From: Nitrosopumilaceae archaeon
Lineage (GTDB): Archaea > Thermoproteota > Nitrososphaeria > Nitrososphaerales > Nitrosopumilaceae
Assembly: GCA_965209085.1 (NCBI GenBank)
Contig: OZ242376.1
Coordinates: forward strand, 1-64,000
DNA length: 64,000 nucleotides
Reading direction: 5' to 3'
The translations under genes and the position numbers were made by a program. The notes beneath the pieces are model-generated. The model had not been told where the DNA came from. It made no database searches and saw only the letters and a list, made by a program, of their open reading frames with translations. Shown in pieces: positions 27,488 through 38,054 of this stretch (its first letter is position 1; every line of letters starts with the position of its first letter).

Positions 27488-27985
27488 CTAACTAATACCC
27501 GAATCAAGGGCAGCTGCCAGAAAGAGTATTCCAACTGACATTATGGAAACTGCCTCTCCCAGTATGATGATTTTTTTGCGCAGTGCCTGTATTTCCCGCT
27601 CTGGCATCGTGGTGGATAATACTTTTTTTTCAACCTCGCCGCGTATGATCCTCACATGTATGGCATATACTATAATGACGGCCAAGACTAGAATCATTTT
27701 CATCAAAAGCAGCACCCCGTATTCTGAACCAAACAGTACATCGGATTTTGTGATAACCAGCCTCGAGTTGTACAATCCGGTTACCACCAAAATGGCAAGC
27801 GCAGGTACTGCGATTATGTTAAAGCGCCTGCCCACTTTTATCATAAGACCCATTCGTTCCTGCATATTCATCGACGTGTTTTTTAGCACCGGTGCCAATA
27901 CAGCTCCCAGAAACAAGCCTCCGCCCACCCAGATGGCAGCTGACACCAAATGTGCCCAAGTAATAAGCGCCTGTTCAAACGGCAT
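27488..27985 (-). CDS. CopD-like membrane protein
   Basis: HLVSAAIWVGG, VTGLYN, YGVLLLMK. Confidence 0.8.
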   Translation of the reverse strand: MPFEQALITWAHLVSAAIWVGGGLFLGAVLAPVLKNTSMNMQERMGLMIKVGRRFNIIAVPALAILVVTGLYNSRLVITKSDVLFGSEYGVLLLMKMILVLAVIIVYAIHVRIIRGEVEKKVLSTTMPEREIQALRKKIIILGEAVSIMSVGILFLAAALDSGIS

Positions 27986-28067
27986 GAATAATGACCGTAC
28001 AGCTCAAATAATAATGAAGTAATGCTCCAGTTAGGTTTTTTAGGGATATTCATGTGGTTACCGTGAT

Positions 28068-28547
28068 TTGTTCATACAAAGCAAAATTACAGTTTTTGTG
28101 GCAATAGTCGGTCTGCTTGCCCTGATGGGCGGTCTTTTTGTATATGTGGACAACACCCCTAGCCTGCAGACAGCGCAGATAGAGCTACACGAGGTGAAAT
28201 TGCTCTCTGCAAATACAGTGGATCACACATCTGAGCTGTCGGTGGGGTTTATGGTTACAAACCCCTCTAATACCACGTTTACGGTTCCAAGCATAACGTA
28301 CGAGTTGTATGCAGACGGCATATATTTGGGATCAAATGCATACTCTACTCAGGACATATCAATGCCAGGAAGGGCCGCATTTTATCCAGAAACTCAGATA
28401 CAGCTAAAAAGCAAGATTACAATAATGCGCGATGCGCAAAATGAAAAAGTTTTTGAAAAGATACAGAGCGGTGTTGATGTAGATTATACCGTAACTGGAA
28501 TTCTTACTGTGCAGACCACCTGGTCTAGCGCCGATATAAAATTCTAA
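28068..28547 (+). CDS. LEA_2-like membrane-anchored protein
   Basis: N-terminal TM, VTNPS, YELYADG. Confidence 0.7.
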   Translation: MFIQSKITVFVAIVGLLALMGGLFVYVDNTPSLQTAQIELHEVKLLSANTVDHTSELSVGFMVTNPSNTTFTVPSITYELYADGIYLGSNAYSTQDISMPGRAAFYPETQIQLKSKITIMRDAQNEKVFEKIQSGVDVDYTVTGILTVQTTWSSADIKF

Positions 28548-28563
28548 TTGATTGATAAAATAG

Positions 28564-28637
28564 TGGGCCGAGAGAGATTCGAACTCACGATCACCGCCGT
28601 GTCGAGGCGGTATCCTAACCAACTAGACTACCGGCCC
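28564..28637 (-). tRNA. tRNA-Val(GAC)
   Basis: Cloverleaf; CCGCC-TC GAC AC-GGCGG. Confidence 0.95.
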
Positions 28638-28680
28638 TAAATTTTATGATCATACAAGACATTATTAATGTTGGTGGTTT

Positions 28681-29358
28681 TTGTACGGCATGTGCGGTGA
28701 TTTTTCAAAAGATGAAATGGATTCCCTGTACAGAGTAATTTTTTCCAGAAGGGATGTCAGATCGGGATTTACGGGCAAACCAATCAAAGATGAAATTTTG
28801 CGCCGCATACTAGATGCTGCACATCATGGTCCCTCTGTGGGGTTTTCACAGCCATGGAACTTTATTCTTGTCAGGGATGTTGGGACACGACAGAAAATAA
28901 AAGAGTCTTTTGAGGAAGAAAAGATCAAAGCCGCAAAAGATCTCAAAGAGCCCCGCAAATCAAAGTATCTTTCGCTAAAATTAGAAGGTATAGTCGAATC
29001 TTCACTAAACATCTGTGTTACGTACGATTCAAGCAGATTTGGACCGTTTGTCATAGGTAGGGCGGGCATTCCAGAAACTGGAGCGTACAGCGTCTGCTGT
29101 GCCGTTCAAAATCTATGGCTTGCAGCAAGGGTGGAGAATATCGGCGTGGGATGGGTCAGCATACTCTCAAATGATGTGGTTCGCAATGCCCTGGACATAC
29201 CAGATCACATACTTCCGATTGCATATCTGTGCGTAGGACATGTAAACGAGTTTGCAGAAAAGCCGGATTTGGAGAGTGTAAAATGGCTGCCAAGAATGAA
29301 TCTAGACGATGTCACATATGATGAGAAATGGGGCAGGATGCAAGGCTCTGTACAGTAA
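28681..29358 (+). CDS. bluB: 5,6-dimethylbenzimidazole synthase
   Basis: RRDVR, PSVGFSQPWNF, KLEGI, QNLWLAAR. Confidence 0.92.
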   Translation: MYGMCGDFSKDEMDSLYRVIFSRRDVRSGFTGKPIKDEILRRILDAAHHGPSVGFSQPWNFILVRDVGTRQKIKESFEEEKIKAAKDLKEPRKSKYLSLKLEGIVESSLNICVTYDSSRFGPFVIGRAGIPETGAYSVCCAVQNLWLAARVENIGVGWVSILSNDVVRNALDIPDHILPIAYLCVGHVNEFAEKPDLESVKWLPRMNLDDVTYDEKWGRMQGSVQ

Positions 29359-29399
29359 TAGATGCTTTCATGATCGCAGAATTGTAAATCAGAGATTTT

Positions 29400-30038
29400 T
29401 ATTTCACATAATCTAAAAATGCCAAAATTCCTTGATTTATGTACGTTAATAATTCAGTGAAAAGTAGTAATATTGTTGTTGGAATAATTCCTAAAATAAA
29501 TAATCCCAATCTATGTTTCCAATGACTCAAATCTTCAGAATAGATATCCAAATCAGGGTCATTTTTTGGTATTTGCCAACGCTCGTCTAAAACCTGATTT
29601 ATTTTTCACGGGTATGTCCCATCTATTCCTAGTATATTTATGACCAATATCGACTTTAGTGAGTTTACTGAAATCATGATCTGTGCCCAATTCTTTAGAT
29701 AATTCTTCACACAAACCTTGCTTTAGTGGTTCATTTTTTAGCGCAAGATGCAACCGAATATTTGCAAATATTGGTAACGGGTCAAGTTTTTTAATTGATT
29801 TGAATTGAAGTGATTTTCTTGCCTGTTTTTTGAAGATTTCTTGTGTGATTTTGTCATTATCCCCTACCCATTAATGTGATATTTTGCAGAAATATCGTAA
29901 AATGCTGAATTGTTAAGATCTTTTAAATTTTCAAACCCCATGTCCTATAAAATATCTTTGACAATCGGACATGCTTCATAATTAGCGCATAAAAATTTAA
30001 AATCTGTTTTTTTCTTTGTTAGTATATCAAATATCATA
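29400..30038 (-). pseudogene. Decayed AT-rich gene of unknown function
   Basis: Consecutive minus-strand reading fragments broken by stops and frameshifts, including the 29559-29753 ORF. Confidence 0.35.
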
Positions 30039-30270
30039 CATCATAACAACCCCGTTATTAGTTTAGGTAGAGTATGGCATATAATTATATGATGCGAATA
30101 AATTGAGTAATGATACTAAAAAGCGTACTAGCTCAGTTCAAATCAAATTCTCTGCCCCTCAATTACAAATTTTACTGGATTAATGATACAGATTTTTATA
30201 AAAAATAATCATTCATAGACTGAGCCTCAAACATAACTAGGCTTAAATAATTATGAACAAAAGTTTTCAT

Positions 30271-30364
30271 GGGCTTGTGGCGCAGAGTCAACTTTGACGC
30301 GAAGCATGGATAGCGTGGTAGCCTCCTAAGTTACAGGTCGAGGGATCGAAGCCCTCCAAGCCCG
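30271..30364 (+). tRNA. tRNA-Arg(CCU) with a ~19-nt D-loop intron
   Basis: GGGCTTG/CAAGCCC acceptor; GTAGC-CT CCT AA-GTTAC; insert AGTCAACTTTGACGCGAAG in the D-loop. Confidence 0.9.
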
Positions 30365-30431
30365 CATGTTGAATTTTGTTGCACGAACCGCTGACTTGTT
30401 GTTTAAATATCGGTAAGAGATGTTTTCATTT

Positions 30432-30956
30432 ATGAAAATAGCAGTCATATCCTCAAGCCCAAGAAAAGAAGGAAAGACACAGCATGTGATGAGAGCCGTT
30501 TATGAAATGGCCAAAACGCACGAGGTCACAGGGACTGTATTTATCAATCTATCAGAGGGCGGAATTGATTATTACAATGGGAGTGCGCCGCAAAGTCAGG
30601 AAACAAAAAAAGCCGTATCTGAGCTTTTAGCGGCGGATGTTTGGTTCGTAGGCTCCCCGGTGTACAATTCGTTTTTTAGCGCGGCACTCAAAAATCTCTT
30701 CGAGTTTATAGACTATAAGAAAACAGAGGGAAAGACTTGCGGAGTTGCCGTAGTAGGGTCAGGTGCGATATCATTTTTGCAGGTGCAAAATGCCGTGATT
30801 GCACTGATGACCTATTTCAAAGTAAAGACAAATCCCCAAACGGTCTTTGCAATATCCGATGATGTTGGAAATGACGGAGAGTTAAAAGGCGATCTTAGGG
30901 AGAGATTGAATGAAATGGTCAAAACTACCATGGATCTTGCGCGATCAAAAGCATGA
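30432..30956 (+). CDS. NAD(P)H-dependent FMN reductase
   Basis: SSPRKEGKT, GSPVYN, ALKNLFE. Confidence 0.88.
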   Translation: MKIAVISSSPRKEGKTQHVMRAVYEMAKTHEVTGTVFINLSEGGIDYYNGSAPQSQETKKAVSELLAADVWFVGSPVYNSFFSAALKNLFEFIDYKKTEGKTCGVAVVGSGAISFLQVQNAVIALMTYFKVKTNPQTVFAISDDVGNDGELKGDLRERLNEMVKTTMDLARSKA

Positions 30957-31060
30957 CAGATTTAGAATGCAAATGTAAATGCCATTTTGGTGGCGCCATT
31001 AGCTGCCCATCCTGTAAAAATATGCACGGGGATTCAAACTGCATACATTGTTCATCCTAG
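30953..31060 (+). CDS. 35-aa Cys/His-rich metallothionein-like peptide
   Basis: MTDLECKCKCHFGGAISCPSCKNMHGDSNCIHCSS; ATGA overlap with the upstream stop. Confidence 0.6.
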   Translation: MTDLECKCKCHFGGAISCPSCKNMHGDSNCIHCSS

Positions 31061-31061
31061 G

Positions 31062-31505
31062 CTATTTTTTGTAATAATTTTTGGCCATGGACTTTAGATT
31101 TGCCATCTCAGACTTTAGCGTTTCAATCTGCACCATGGTATTCAGATTTGCAATCTGATGCCGTAATCGGAGTATCTCCTCGTCTTTGATCGTTACGTGA
31201 TCGCGTATGTCGTTTAGATCCTCCGTTAGCTCTTTGGCGGTTTGTTGGATCTGTTTTCGCGATAGTTCCTGTATTACGGTTTTTGAATTATCAGTTATGG
31301 GTTTGTGTTCAATGTTGTGTACATAGTCGGTGCTTTTTTGGACAAGCCAGCAGATAACCACAAGAAACCACATGATAGGCACTGATATCATGAATACAAT
31401 GTTGAATACGGGTGAAAAATCCACAAAGATCGGCCACAGTACTGTCAATATGGCTGCAAATACTCCGCATGTTACTGTGGCAAGATGGTTATGCATATAT
31501 CCCAT
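31062..31505 (-). CDS. Membrane protein with C-terminal coiled coil
   Basis: Two TM segments then heptad region. Confidence 0.7.
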   Translation of the reverse strand: MGYMHNHLATVTCGVFAAILTVLWPIFVDFSPVFNIVFMISVPIMWFLVVICWLVQKSTDYVHNIEHKPITDNSKTVIQELSRKQIQQTAKELTEDLNDIRDHVTIKDEEILRLRHQIANLNTMVQIETLKSEMANLKSMAKNYYKK

Positions 31506-31601
31506 AAATTGCGTTTTATGGGCAGTTTTATAAGTATTAAGAATACGTTTTATCTGTAATCACACAGTACGTATGTAAAATAAAATAAAACACGGGGGAT
31601 T

Positions 31602-31823
31602 TTATTCGTCTGTTTCTGGTGTGGATTTTGTTTCAGATTGGAGAATGTTTATTTTTTCTAGTAGTTCATTGCGTAGATCACGCGCCACTCTTCTAACGGT
31701 AGGTCTGGGCACACGCAGATCATCAACCACTTTACTATAGATAATCTGTTTGTCTGTCAGTCCTTTGTCAAGGCAGGAATTGATCGCTTCTTTGATTACG
31801 GCTGATTGATTTGTACGATTCAC
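31602..31823 (-). CDS. Small HTH-like protein
   Basis: VPRPTVRRVARDLR helix. Confidence 0.7.
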   Translation of the reverse strand: MNRTNQSAVIKEAINSCLDKGLTDKQIIYSKVVDDLRVPRPTVRRVARDLRNELLEKINILQSETKSTPETDE

Positions 31824-32018
31824 TATGGCGTGGTCTTATTGGCGTCTATATAATGCTATAACCGAAAAAAATATTTCCAAAATTTTCATAAAGTATATGT
31901 AGTAATGATTTTATCATTGCCAACTAGCATATTTTTTTATCCAACATATTACCACGTATGCCAGCCCACCTGTTGCCTCATACAAAAGGTTATTATTATA
32001 AAAGAGTACAGCTGTGTC

Positions 32019-32495
32019 ATGTCCAGCGCCGTTATCGAGACCAACCATGGCAGTATAAAAATAAACTTGTTGCCCGAACTTGCCCCCGAGACTGTCCGTA
32101 ATTTTACAAAACTGGCCCAGTCCGGTTTTTATGACGGCACACTCTTTCACAGAATCATACCCGGCTTTATGATACAGGGAGGGGATCCCAATACAAAAGG
32201 CAAGGAAAAACATACGTGGGGCGCCGGAGGACCAGGATATGCGCTAAAGGCTGAATTTAGTTCCCGTGCGCACAAAAGGGGCATCGTATCCATGGCTAGA
32301 TCGCAGGATCCTGACAGTGCCGGCTCACAATTTTTCATAGTAACAACAGACAGCGCATTTTTGGATCACCAGTACACGGTTTTTGGTGAAGTATCTGACG
32401 GCATGGAAACTGCAGATACGATTGTGAAATTACAGAGGGATGGAAACGATTGTCCTTTACAGAACGTAAAAATGACCAAAATTACGGTAACATAG
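32019..32495 (+). CDS. ppiA: Cyclophilin-type PPIase
   Basis: FHRIIPGFMIQGGD, SMAR, SAGSQFFI, YTVFG. Confidence 0.93.
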   Translation: MSSAVIETNHGSIKINLLPELAPETVRNFTKLAQSGFYDGTLFHRIIPGFMIQGGDPNTKGKEKHTWGAGGPGYALKAEFSSRAHKRGIVSMARSQDPDSAGSQFFIVTTDSAFLDHQYTVFGEVSDGMETADTIVKLQRDGNDCPLQNVKMTKITVT

Positions 32496-32497
32496 TA

Positions 32498-33391
32498 ATG
32501 TACGTCAGTATGTTATTGCTAGCCGCATGTGCTATTGTTTTAACAATGCATGCCGCATACGGACAGTTGTTGGCAGAACCTGCTGTAAATGAAAATATTA
32601 ACGTGGCAATAAGTTTGAATGGAACAGTTTACGTAACGCATGAGGTATCCAATAAACGGCTGGATTCTCCAGTTGTGCTAGTTGATGGAACAGTTTCTGA
32701 AATACATGTTACGGATGTTAATGGGGAGATGCTTGTATACACATTTTCTGATTCAGAGGGAACAATAACGGTTGCAGATGATGATTATGCTGTCATAAAA
32801 TACAAGCTTGAAGATGCGCTATTCAAAAAAAATGGAGCGTGGGTCTGGAGTTTAAATCATCCTGGAAGTGTAAAATTTTCATATCCGGAGGGAGTGGATC
32901 TTGTATTTATCAACGATACGCCAATAAATGTAAGCGGCAAATCAGAATACATCCAGTGCCACGGATGCTTTATGGACATGACGTATGTGATAGATGAACC
33001 CGAATACGTACTGACGGTAAAATGGGAGGATCGCATCTTTATGCCAAAGGTGCGGACGGTAGGAAATATTGATACAGTGGATTTCAAACAAAATGAAAAA
33101 AGCATCAGCTTTGATTATGAGGGAGAACACTTTGTCACAGTGGAAATGCCAAAGGAGCTTTTGTGGAATCCGTACCAGGTCTTTCTTGGGGATGCACAGA
33201 TTCTAAATCATCAGATTGAAAGGGGAGAGAATACAGTTTGGATTACATTCAAACCGGCAGAGTCTGGCACCGTCACAATAACAGGCGTCTCAGTGATTCC
33301 TGAAATTCCCGCAGGAGCGCTTGTTTTAGTAACAATTGTAGGTATGAGCTCGGCGGTAATAATTGGTAAAAGAATTTCTAATCTCCCGTAG
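32498..33391 (+). CDS. Secreted protein with PEF-CTERM-like sorting signal
   Basis: Signal peptide; C-terminal VIPEIP + TM + KR. Confidence 0.75.
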   Translation: MYVSMLLLAACAIVLTMHAAYGQLLAEPAVNENINVAISLNGTVYVTHEVSNKRLDSPVVLVDGTVSEIHVTDVNGEMLVYTFSDSEGTITVADDDYAVIKYKLEDALFKKNGAWVWSLNHPGSVKFSYPEGVDLVFINDTPINVSGKSEYIQCHGCFMDMTYVIDEPEYVLTVKWEDRIFMPKVRTVGNIDTVDFKQNEKSISFDYEGEHFVTVEMPKELLWNPYQVFLGDAQILNHQIERGENTVWITFKPAESGTVTITGVSVIPEIPAGALVLVTIVGMSSAVIIGKRISNLP

Positions 33392-33530
33392 AGCCGCATC
33401 CGCACATGTCGTATTCGTCTATACGTACATTGCACAGTGGACATTTTTCGCCGTAATCAACTTCCCAAGACTCTTTGCCAAACAATCGGAGATGATCGTT
33501 AATTTCTTCTGGGATCTCTTTTTCTGGCAT
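33378..33530 (-). CDS. Small zinc-finger protein (50 aa)
   Basis: CPLC..CGC. Confidence 0.65.
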   Translation of the reverse strand: MPEKEIPEEINDHLRLFGKESWEVDYGEKCPLCNVRIDEYDMCGCGSTGD

Positions 33531-33648
33531 ACATTGTATGTAATGCTGCCATATATTACAGTTAGAGAGTTGTTTTATATGAAAAATCTGTAAACTGCAA
33601 CATATTGTCCTCACAGTGCTAAAATACGGGATAGCCAGATAAAATCTC

Positions 33649-33849
33649 ATGGAATGCGGTTGCCACTGCATAAAATGTAACAGTACAAAAATAAATTTTA
33701 ACAAAGTTGGCGAGACTGAAAAGGACGGATACTATGACATGCATCATACGTGTCTTGAATGCGGGATTCATTTTGATCACCTAGATGGAACCGTCTTTGA
33801 CTCGTGCAGTATATGCAGCTATGCGCAAGCACCAGATCAAGAAAAATAG
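33649..33849 (+). CDS. Small Cys-rich zinc-binding protein
   Basis: CGCHCIKC, CLEC, CSIC. Confidence 0.7.
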   Translation: MECGCHCIKCNSTKINFNKVGETEKDGYYDMHHTCLECGIHFDHLDGTVFDSCSICSYAQAPDQEK

Positions 33850-33908
33850 ACATCATGTGCGGTATTTTCATACTTTGGGGTAAAAAAGACCTATTGTGAC
33901 ATACAAAT

Positions 33909-34382
33909 ATGCAGAAAGCGTGGCCAGTAAAAAAAAAGAGATCCGGTAAAAAGATCTCTCTTGCACTAGTTTTAATCCTAAGTTTGGCAGTTTTTGGATA
34001 TTCACAATATTCTGCGGTAACTGCCATATCCTCCACGATAATGGACAGCCAGGAATTGGGCGCTGTTCCGTTGGGTTACATGTATGAGTTACAGATTGGT
34101 TTTGAAAATCCATCCATACTTACACTGCCTGCAGGAGAGACAGAATTTACAATCTCAGCAGACGGAGAAAATATAGGGTATGGAAAACTTGATCCGTTTT
34201 ATCTTCCCGCCATGGGAGAGGGTACTGCATACGGAAAATATACCGTATACGATGGTTCAAGCGAGGTCAGCGGTACAGTAAAGATCAGCGGAGTGACCAG
34301 CTATGATCTGTACATTACCACTTTGGACATACCATTTGTCTATTATCCAACAGATGAGCAGCAAAGTAAATTTATGAGATAA
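33909..34382 (+). CDS. Membrane-anchored LEA-like protein
   Basis: N-terminal TM, FENPS. Confidence 0.65.
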   Translation: MQKAWPVKKKRSGKKISLALVLILSLAVFGYSQYSAVTAISSTIMDSQELGAVPLGYMYELQIGFENPSILTLPAGETEFTISADGENIGYGKLDPFYLPAMGEGTAYGKYTVYDGSSEVSGTVKISGVTSYDLYITTLDIPFVYYPTDEQQSKFMR

Positions 34383-34396
34383 ACTGCAGTTTTATC

Positions 34397-35290
34397 ATGC
34401 TTACAGTATTTGGTTCGGTAGCCTTTGATACGATAAGAACTCCCACAAGGATGCTGCAATGCGAGATGGGCGGGGCGGCCACGTATGCGGGCATCTCTGC
34501 TAGCTTTTTCACAAAGATAGGACTGTTGGCGGTAATAGGTAGAGACTTTCCAAAAAAATATTCAAACGCTCTAGCAAAACGCATGAATTTGCGGGGTTTG
34601 AGCGTCAAAAAAGGCAAAACATTCCGATATGATGGCAAATACGACAAGACGCTACAAACTAGAACAACGCTAAAGACGGAACTGAACGTTCTGGGGGATT
34701 TTAAAGCGACCGTACCGGACGAATATAAAAAATCCAGATTTGTATATCTGGCAAACAACGATCCCGAACAGAACGTAAGAGTGCTTGGGGAATTTGACAG
34801 GATAAAATTTTCAATGTGCGATACGATTGATTTTTGGATTCATACAAAACGTGCGGCCGTAAAAAAAATGATTGCATCAGTTGATGCTGTAGTGATAAAC
34901 GACGAGGAGGCAAGACTGCTTACAAAAGAGTACAACCTTGTGCTGTGTGCAAAAAAAATCTCAAAGATGGGGGCAAAATACGTCATAATCAAAAAGGCAG
35001 AACATGGCTCGCTCTTTTTTTATGAGGATACAATCTTTGCAAGTCCGGGATTTCCCATTCCCGATCCGATAGATCCTACGGGTGCCGGAGACTCTTTTGC
35101 AGGGGCCATAATCGGACACATGGCAAATGCCGGTTCGTCAACTCCTGCTGCGATAAAAAAAGCCATCACGTATGGCAACGTAATGGGATCCATAACGGTT
35201 CAAGGATACGGCACTGCCCCCCTGTTACGCCTGAAAAAATCAGCGATTGAAAAACGGGCAAGAGAATACTGCAAAATTATCAGCGTCTAG
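34397..35290 (+). CDS. PfkB family carbohydrate kinase
   Basis: GGAATY, DPTGAGDSF. Confidence 0.9.
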   Translation: MLTVFGSVAFDTIRTPTRMLQCEMGGAATYAGISASFFTKIGLLAVIGRDFPKKYSNALAKRMNLRGLSVKKGKTFRYDGKYDKTLQTRTTLKTELNVLGDFKATVPDEYKKSRFVYLANNDPEQNVRVLGEFDRIKFSMCDTIDFWIHTKRAAVKKMIASVDAVVINDEEARLLTKEYNLVLCAKKISKMGAKYVIIKKAEHGSLFFYEDTIFASPGFPIPDPIDPTGAGDSFAGAIIGHMANAGSSTPAAIKKAITYGNVMGSITVQGYGTAPLLRLKKSAIEKRAREYCKIISV

Positions 35291-35326
35291 ATTAGCGTTT
35301 TAATATAGAGAAACGCACGATATGGT

Positions 35327-35662
35327 ATGAAAGGCGACATGTTAGATGAGATATTTTCAATGCAAAAAGGTCTGACAGATGCAATGGATCTCTCAAGTTA
35401 TCCGGATGATACGGAGGGTAGAATATCCAATTTGTGTACTGCCATAATGCATGAGGCAGTGGAGCTGCAAAGAACCACAAACTGGAAATGGTGGAAGACA
35501 CCCGTTGCATTTGATGCAGAGCATGCAAAAGAAGAGCTCATAGACATTTGGCATTTTGTGGTGCAGGCCTCACTAGAGCTTGGTTTAAAACCAAAAGACA
35601 TACTAGAAGAATACCGCAAAAAAAACGCCATAAACCACAAACGGCAGCGTGAAGGATACTAG
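35327..35662 (+). CDS. All-alpha (dimeric-type) dUTPase
   Basis: EAVEL, WKWWK, EELIDIWHF, KNAINHKRQ. Confidence 0.85.
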   Translation: MKGDMLDEIFSMQKGLTDAMDLSSYPDDTEGRISNLCTAIMHEAVELQRTTNWKWWKTPVAFDAEHAKEELIDIWHFVVQASLELGLKPKDILEEYRKKNAINHKRQREGY

Positions 35663-36316
35663 CTATTTTATGTGAGAATCAATCTGTTTTTGCGTGGGTC
35701 TGTGCTTGCCTGTTACGATATAGTTTATCGCATCGCTCATGTATACTGCGTGATCTCCAATTCTCTCAAGGTACCGCAGCAACAGCGCCTCTGCTAGGGC
35801 ACATTTGGTATCCTTGGATTTGATAAGGGCGGGCAGGCGGTTTTTGTACAGGCGGTCTATGAATTCCTCATTTTCGTATATTCTCTCAGCCTTGCGTATG
35901 TCAAGTTCTGCAAAAGAGCGTACTGCATCCTGTATCATGTGTTTTACTTTTTTTGAAATTTCAAGCAGTGGGGCGTTTTTGCAGTCAGATACGTCGCCAA
36001 AAACCTCACGCAGCTGCGTAATGTCGTATGCATAACGGCCAAACCTGGAATATGCGTACGATATTTCCGTGCACGAACGGATCATTCTAAAATCGTCCGC
36101 TACAGGCTGGTATTTTAGCATCATGTCGAATGTGAGATCTTCTACCTGAAAATATTTTTGGCGTATCTGATCCGATATATCGTGCACTTTGTCGCTGTTA
36201 GATGATCCTAGCAGATACGAATCAGTCGCAAGCGAGATGCACTGTACGGCCATCTCCCCCATCTCGGACATTATTACGGAGAGTTTTTCAAGTGAAGAAT
36301 CTATCAGGCGCGTCAT
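35663..36316 (-). CDS. phoU: Phosphate uptake regulator PhoU
   Basis: YQPVADDFR, YLERIGDHA; end of the pst operon. Confidence 0.92.
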   Translation of the reverse strand: MTRLIDSSLEKLSVIMSEMGEMAVQCISLATDSYLLGSSNSDKVHDISDQIRQKYFQVEDLTFDMMLKYQPVADDFRMIRSCTEISYAYSRFGRYAYDITQLREVFGDVSDCKNAPLLEISKKVKHMIQDAVRSFAELDIRKAERIYENEEFIDRLYKNRLPALIKSKDTKCALAEALLLRYLERIGDHAVYMSDAINYIVTGKHRPTQKQIDSHIK

Positions 36317-37134
36317 TATCCAAACTGCCCCTGTACGTATTTTGCGGTAAGATCATCATGCGGATCGGTAAACAGTTTTTTTGTTTCGCGAAATTCTATT
36401 AGTTTTCCAAGATACATGAATCCTGTATAATCGGAGACGCGCACAGCCTGCTGCATGTTGTGCGTGACTATGATGATGGTAAATTCCTGTTTTAGCTCGT
36501 TTATCGTCTCTTCTATCTTTTGCGTCGCTATCGGGTCAAGCGCAGAAGCTGGCTCGTCCATGAGCAAAACTTCCGGCTGTATTGCAAGGGCCCGTGCGAT
36601 ACAGAGTCTCTGCTGCTGTCCGCCGGAGAGCTCTATGGCAGGTTTTTTTAGATCATTATACACCTCATCCCACAGATATGCCAGCTTTAGCGAATCTTCG
36701 GCAATCTCGAAGAGTATTTTTTTGTCGCGTATTCCGTTTAAGCGCAGACCTGCCACCACGTTGTCAAATATCGACATTGTGGGAAACGGATTTGGTTTTT
36801 GAAACACCATTCCAACCTTGCGCCGGTGGTAAATCGGATCCACGGATTTTGAGTACAAATCAGCACCGTCTATTGAAACGCTGCCAGTAACTTTGGCGTT
36901 TTTTGTCATATCGTGCATGCGGTTAAGACAGCGCAAAAACGTTGTCTTGCCGCAGCCGGAGGGTCCTATCAGGGCGGTGACTGATTTTTCCTTGAACTTC
37001 ATGGTGACATTTTCTACCGCAGGTACGCCACCGTACGTAACGGTCACGTTTTCTGCAATCATTTTGAAATTTGTCTCTGATTTTTTATCAGATGAGATAT
37101 GCTGGGGTTTTAAATCGCGTATTGTGGTGCTCAT
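36316..37134 (-). CDS. pstB: Phosphate ABC transporter ATPase
   Basis: [28 protein letters not shown]. Confidence 0.96.
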   Translation of the reverse strand: MSTTIRDLKPQHISSDKKSETNFKMIAENVTVTYGGVPAVENVTMKFKEKSVTALIGPSGCGKTTFLRCLNRMHDMTKNAKVTGSVSIDGADLYSKSVDPIYHRRKVGMVFQKPNPFPTMSIFDNVVAGLRLNGIRDKKILFEIAEDSLKLAYLWDEVYNDLKKPAIELSGGQQQRLCIARALAIQPEVLLMDEPASALDPIATQKIEETINELKQEFTIIIVTHNMQQAVRVSDYTGFMYLGKLIEFRETKKLFTDPHDDLTAKYVQGQFG

Positions 37135-38054
37135 GTCCGTCTCTGATCCCTTTGTCTAATGATGCTGCCGATCATACCGCCTTTTTGGCCCAGTACAAAA
37201 TAGCGCACCGCAATGTTTACTGCCAGTATGATTAGTATTAGGACTAGTGCTGCACCCCATCCCTGCATCTGCGCGCTATCATACGGCAAAAGTGAGAGGC
37301 GCCATATACGCAGCGGCAGGGCGTCCATTGGAACATCAAAACCTGCAAAGAACTGGCTGCTTCCAAGTATCGTCATTATCAGCGGAGCAGTCTCCCCTCC
37401 GATGCGCGCTACGGAAAGCAGTATGCCAGTAACCATGCCAGATTTTGCAGCAGTGAGCACTATTCTAATCGTAATTACCCACCGCTTCAGACCCAGTGCC
37501 ATGCCAGCTTCCCTGTACGTAATGGGGACAAGTTTTAGCGATTCTTCGGTGGTTCTTGCCACTATTGGAAACATTATCAGCGATAGTGCAAACGCGCCGG
37601 CCCATACGGAAAAATGCCCAAGCAAAAGCACTATAACCATGAATGCAAATATTCCAAGGACTATTGACGGAAATTCCATAAAGACGTCGTTGAAAAACCG
37701 CACCAATTTTGCAAGTCGGTTGTCCCCGAATTCTGCAAGAAAAATTCCGGACATGACTCCTATTGGAACGCCGATAATACTGGAGAGTCCAATTACAATC
37801 AGCGTTCCCTGTATTGCCGGACCGATTCCTCCATCTCCTGTACCTATGGCTCCTGGAGTCTGGGTCAGAAACTCTAGGGATATGGCAGCGGCTCCGTTTC
37901 GGAAAACCTCCACGAGTATGCTGCCCAGCGGAATTATGGCAGCTATTACGCAACATATTACTATTAACCGGACTATGCGGTCGACTATGAGGCGTTTTTC
38001 CACGTTTTGTTTAAAGAGTGTACGGTAAAACGCCCTCTTTTCCTGATAATTCAA
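37131..38054 (-). CDS. pstA: Phosphate ABC permease
   Basis: [15 protein letters not shown]. Confidence 0.93.
   Translation of the reverse strand: MNYQEKRAFYRTLFKQNVEKRLIVDRIVRLIVICCVIAAIIPLGSILVEVFRNGAAAISLEFLTQTPGAIGTGDGGIGPAIQGTLIVIGLSSIIGVPIGVMSGIFLAEFGDNRLAKLVRFFNDVFMEFPSIVLGIFAFMVIVLLLGHFSVWAGAFALSLIMFPIVARTTEESLKLVPITYREAGMALGLKRWVITIRIVLTAAKSGMVTGILLSVARIGGETAPLIMTILGSSQFFAGFDVPMDALPLRIWRLSLLPYDSAQMQGWGAALVLILIILAVNIAVRYFVLGQKGGMIGSIIRQRDQRRT

Noticed and set aside
30123-30160. tRNA-like fragments (TAGCTCAGTT, TTCAAAT)
   Set aside because: No cloverleaf or stems can be formed
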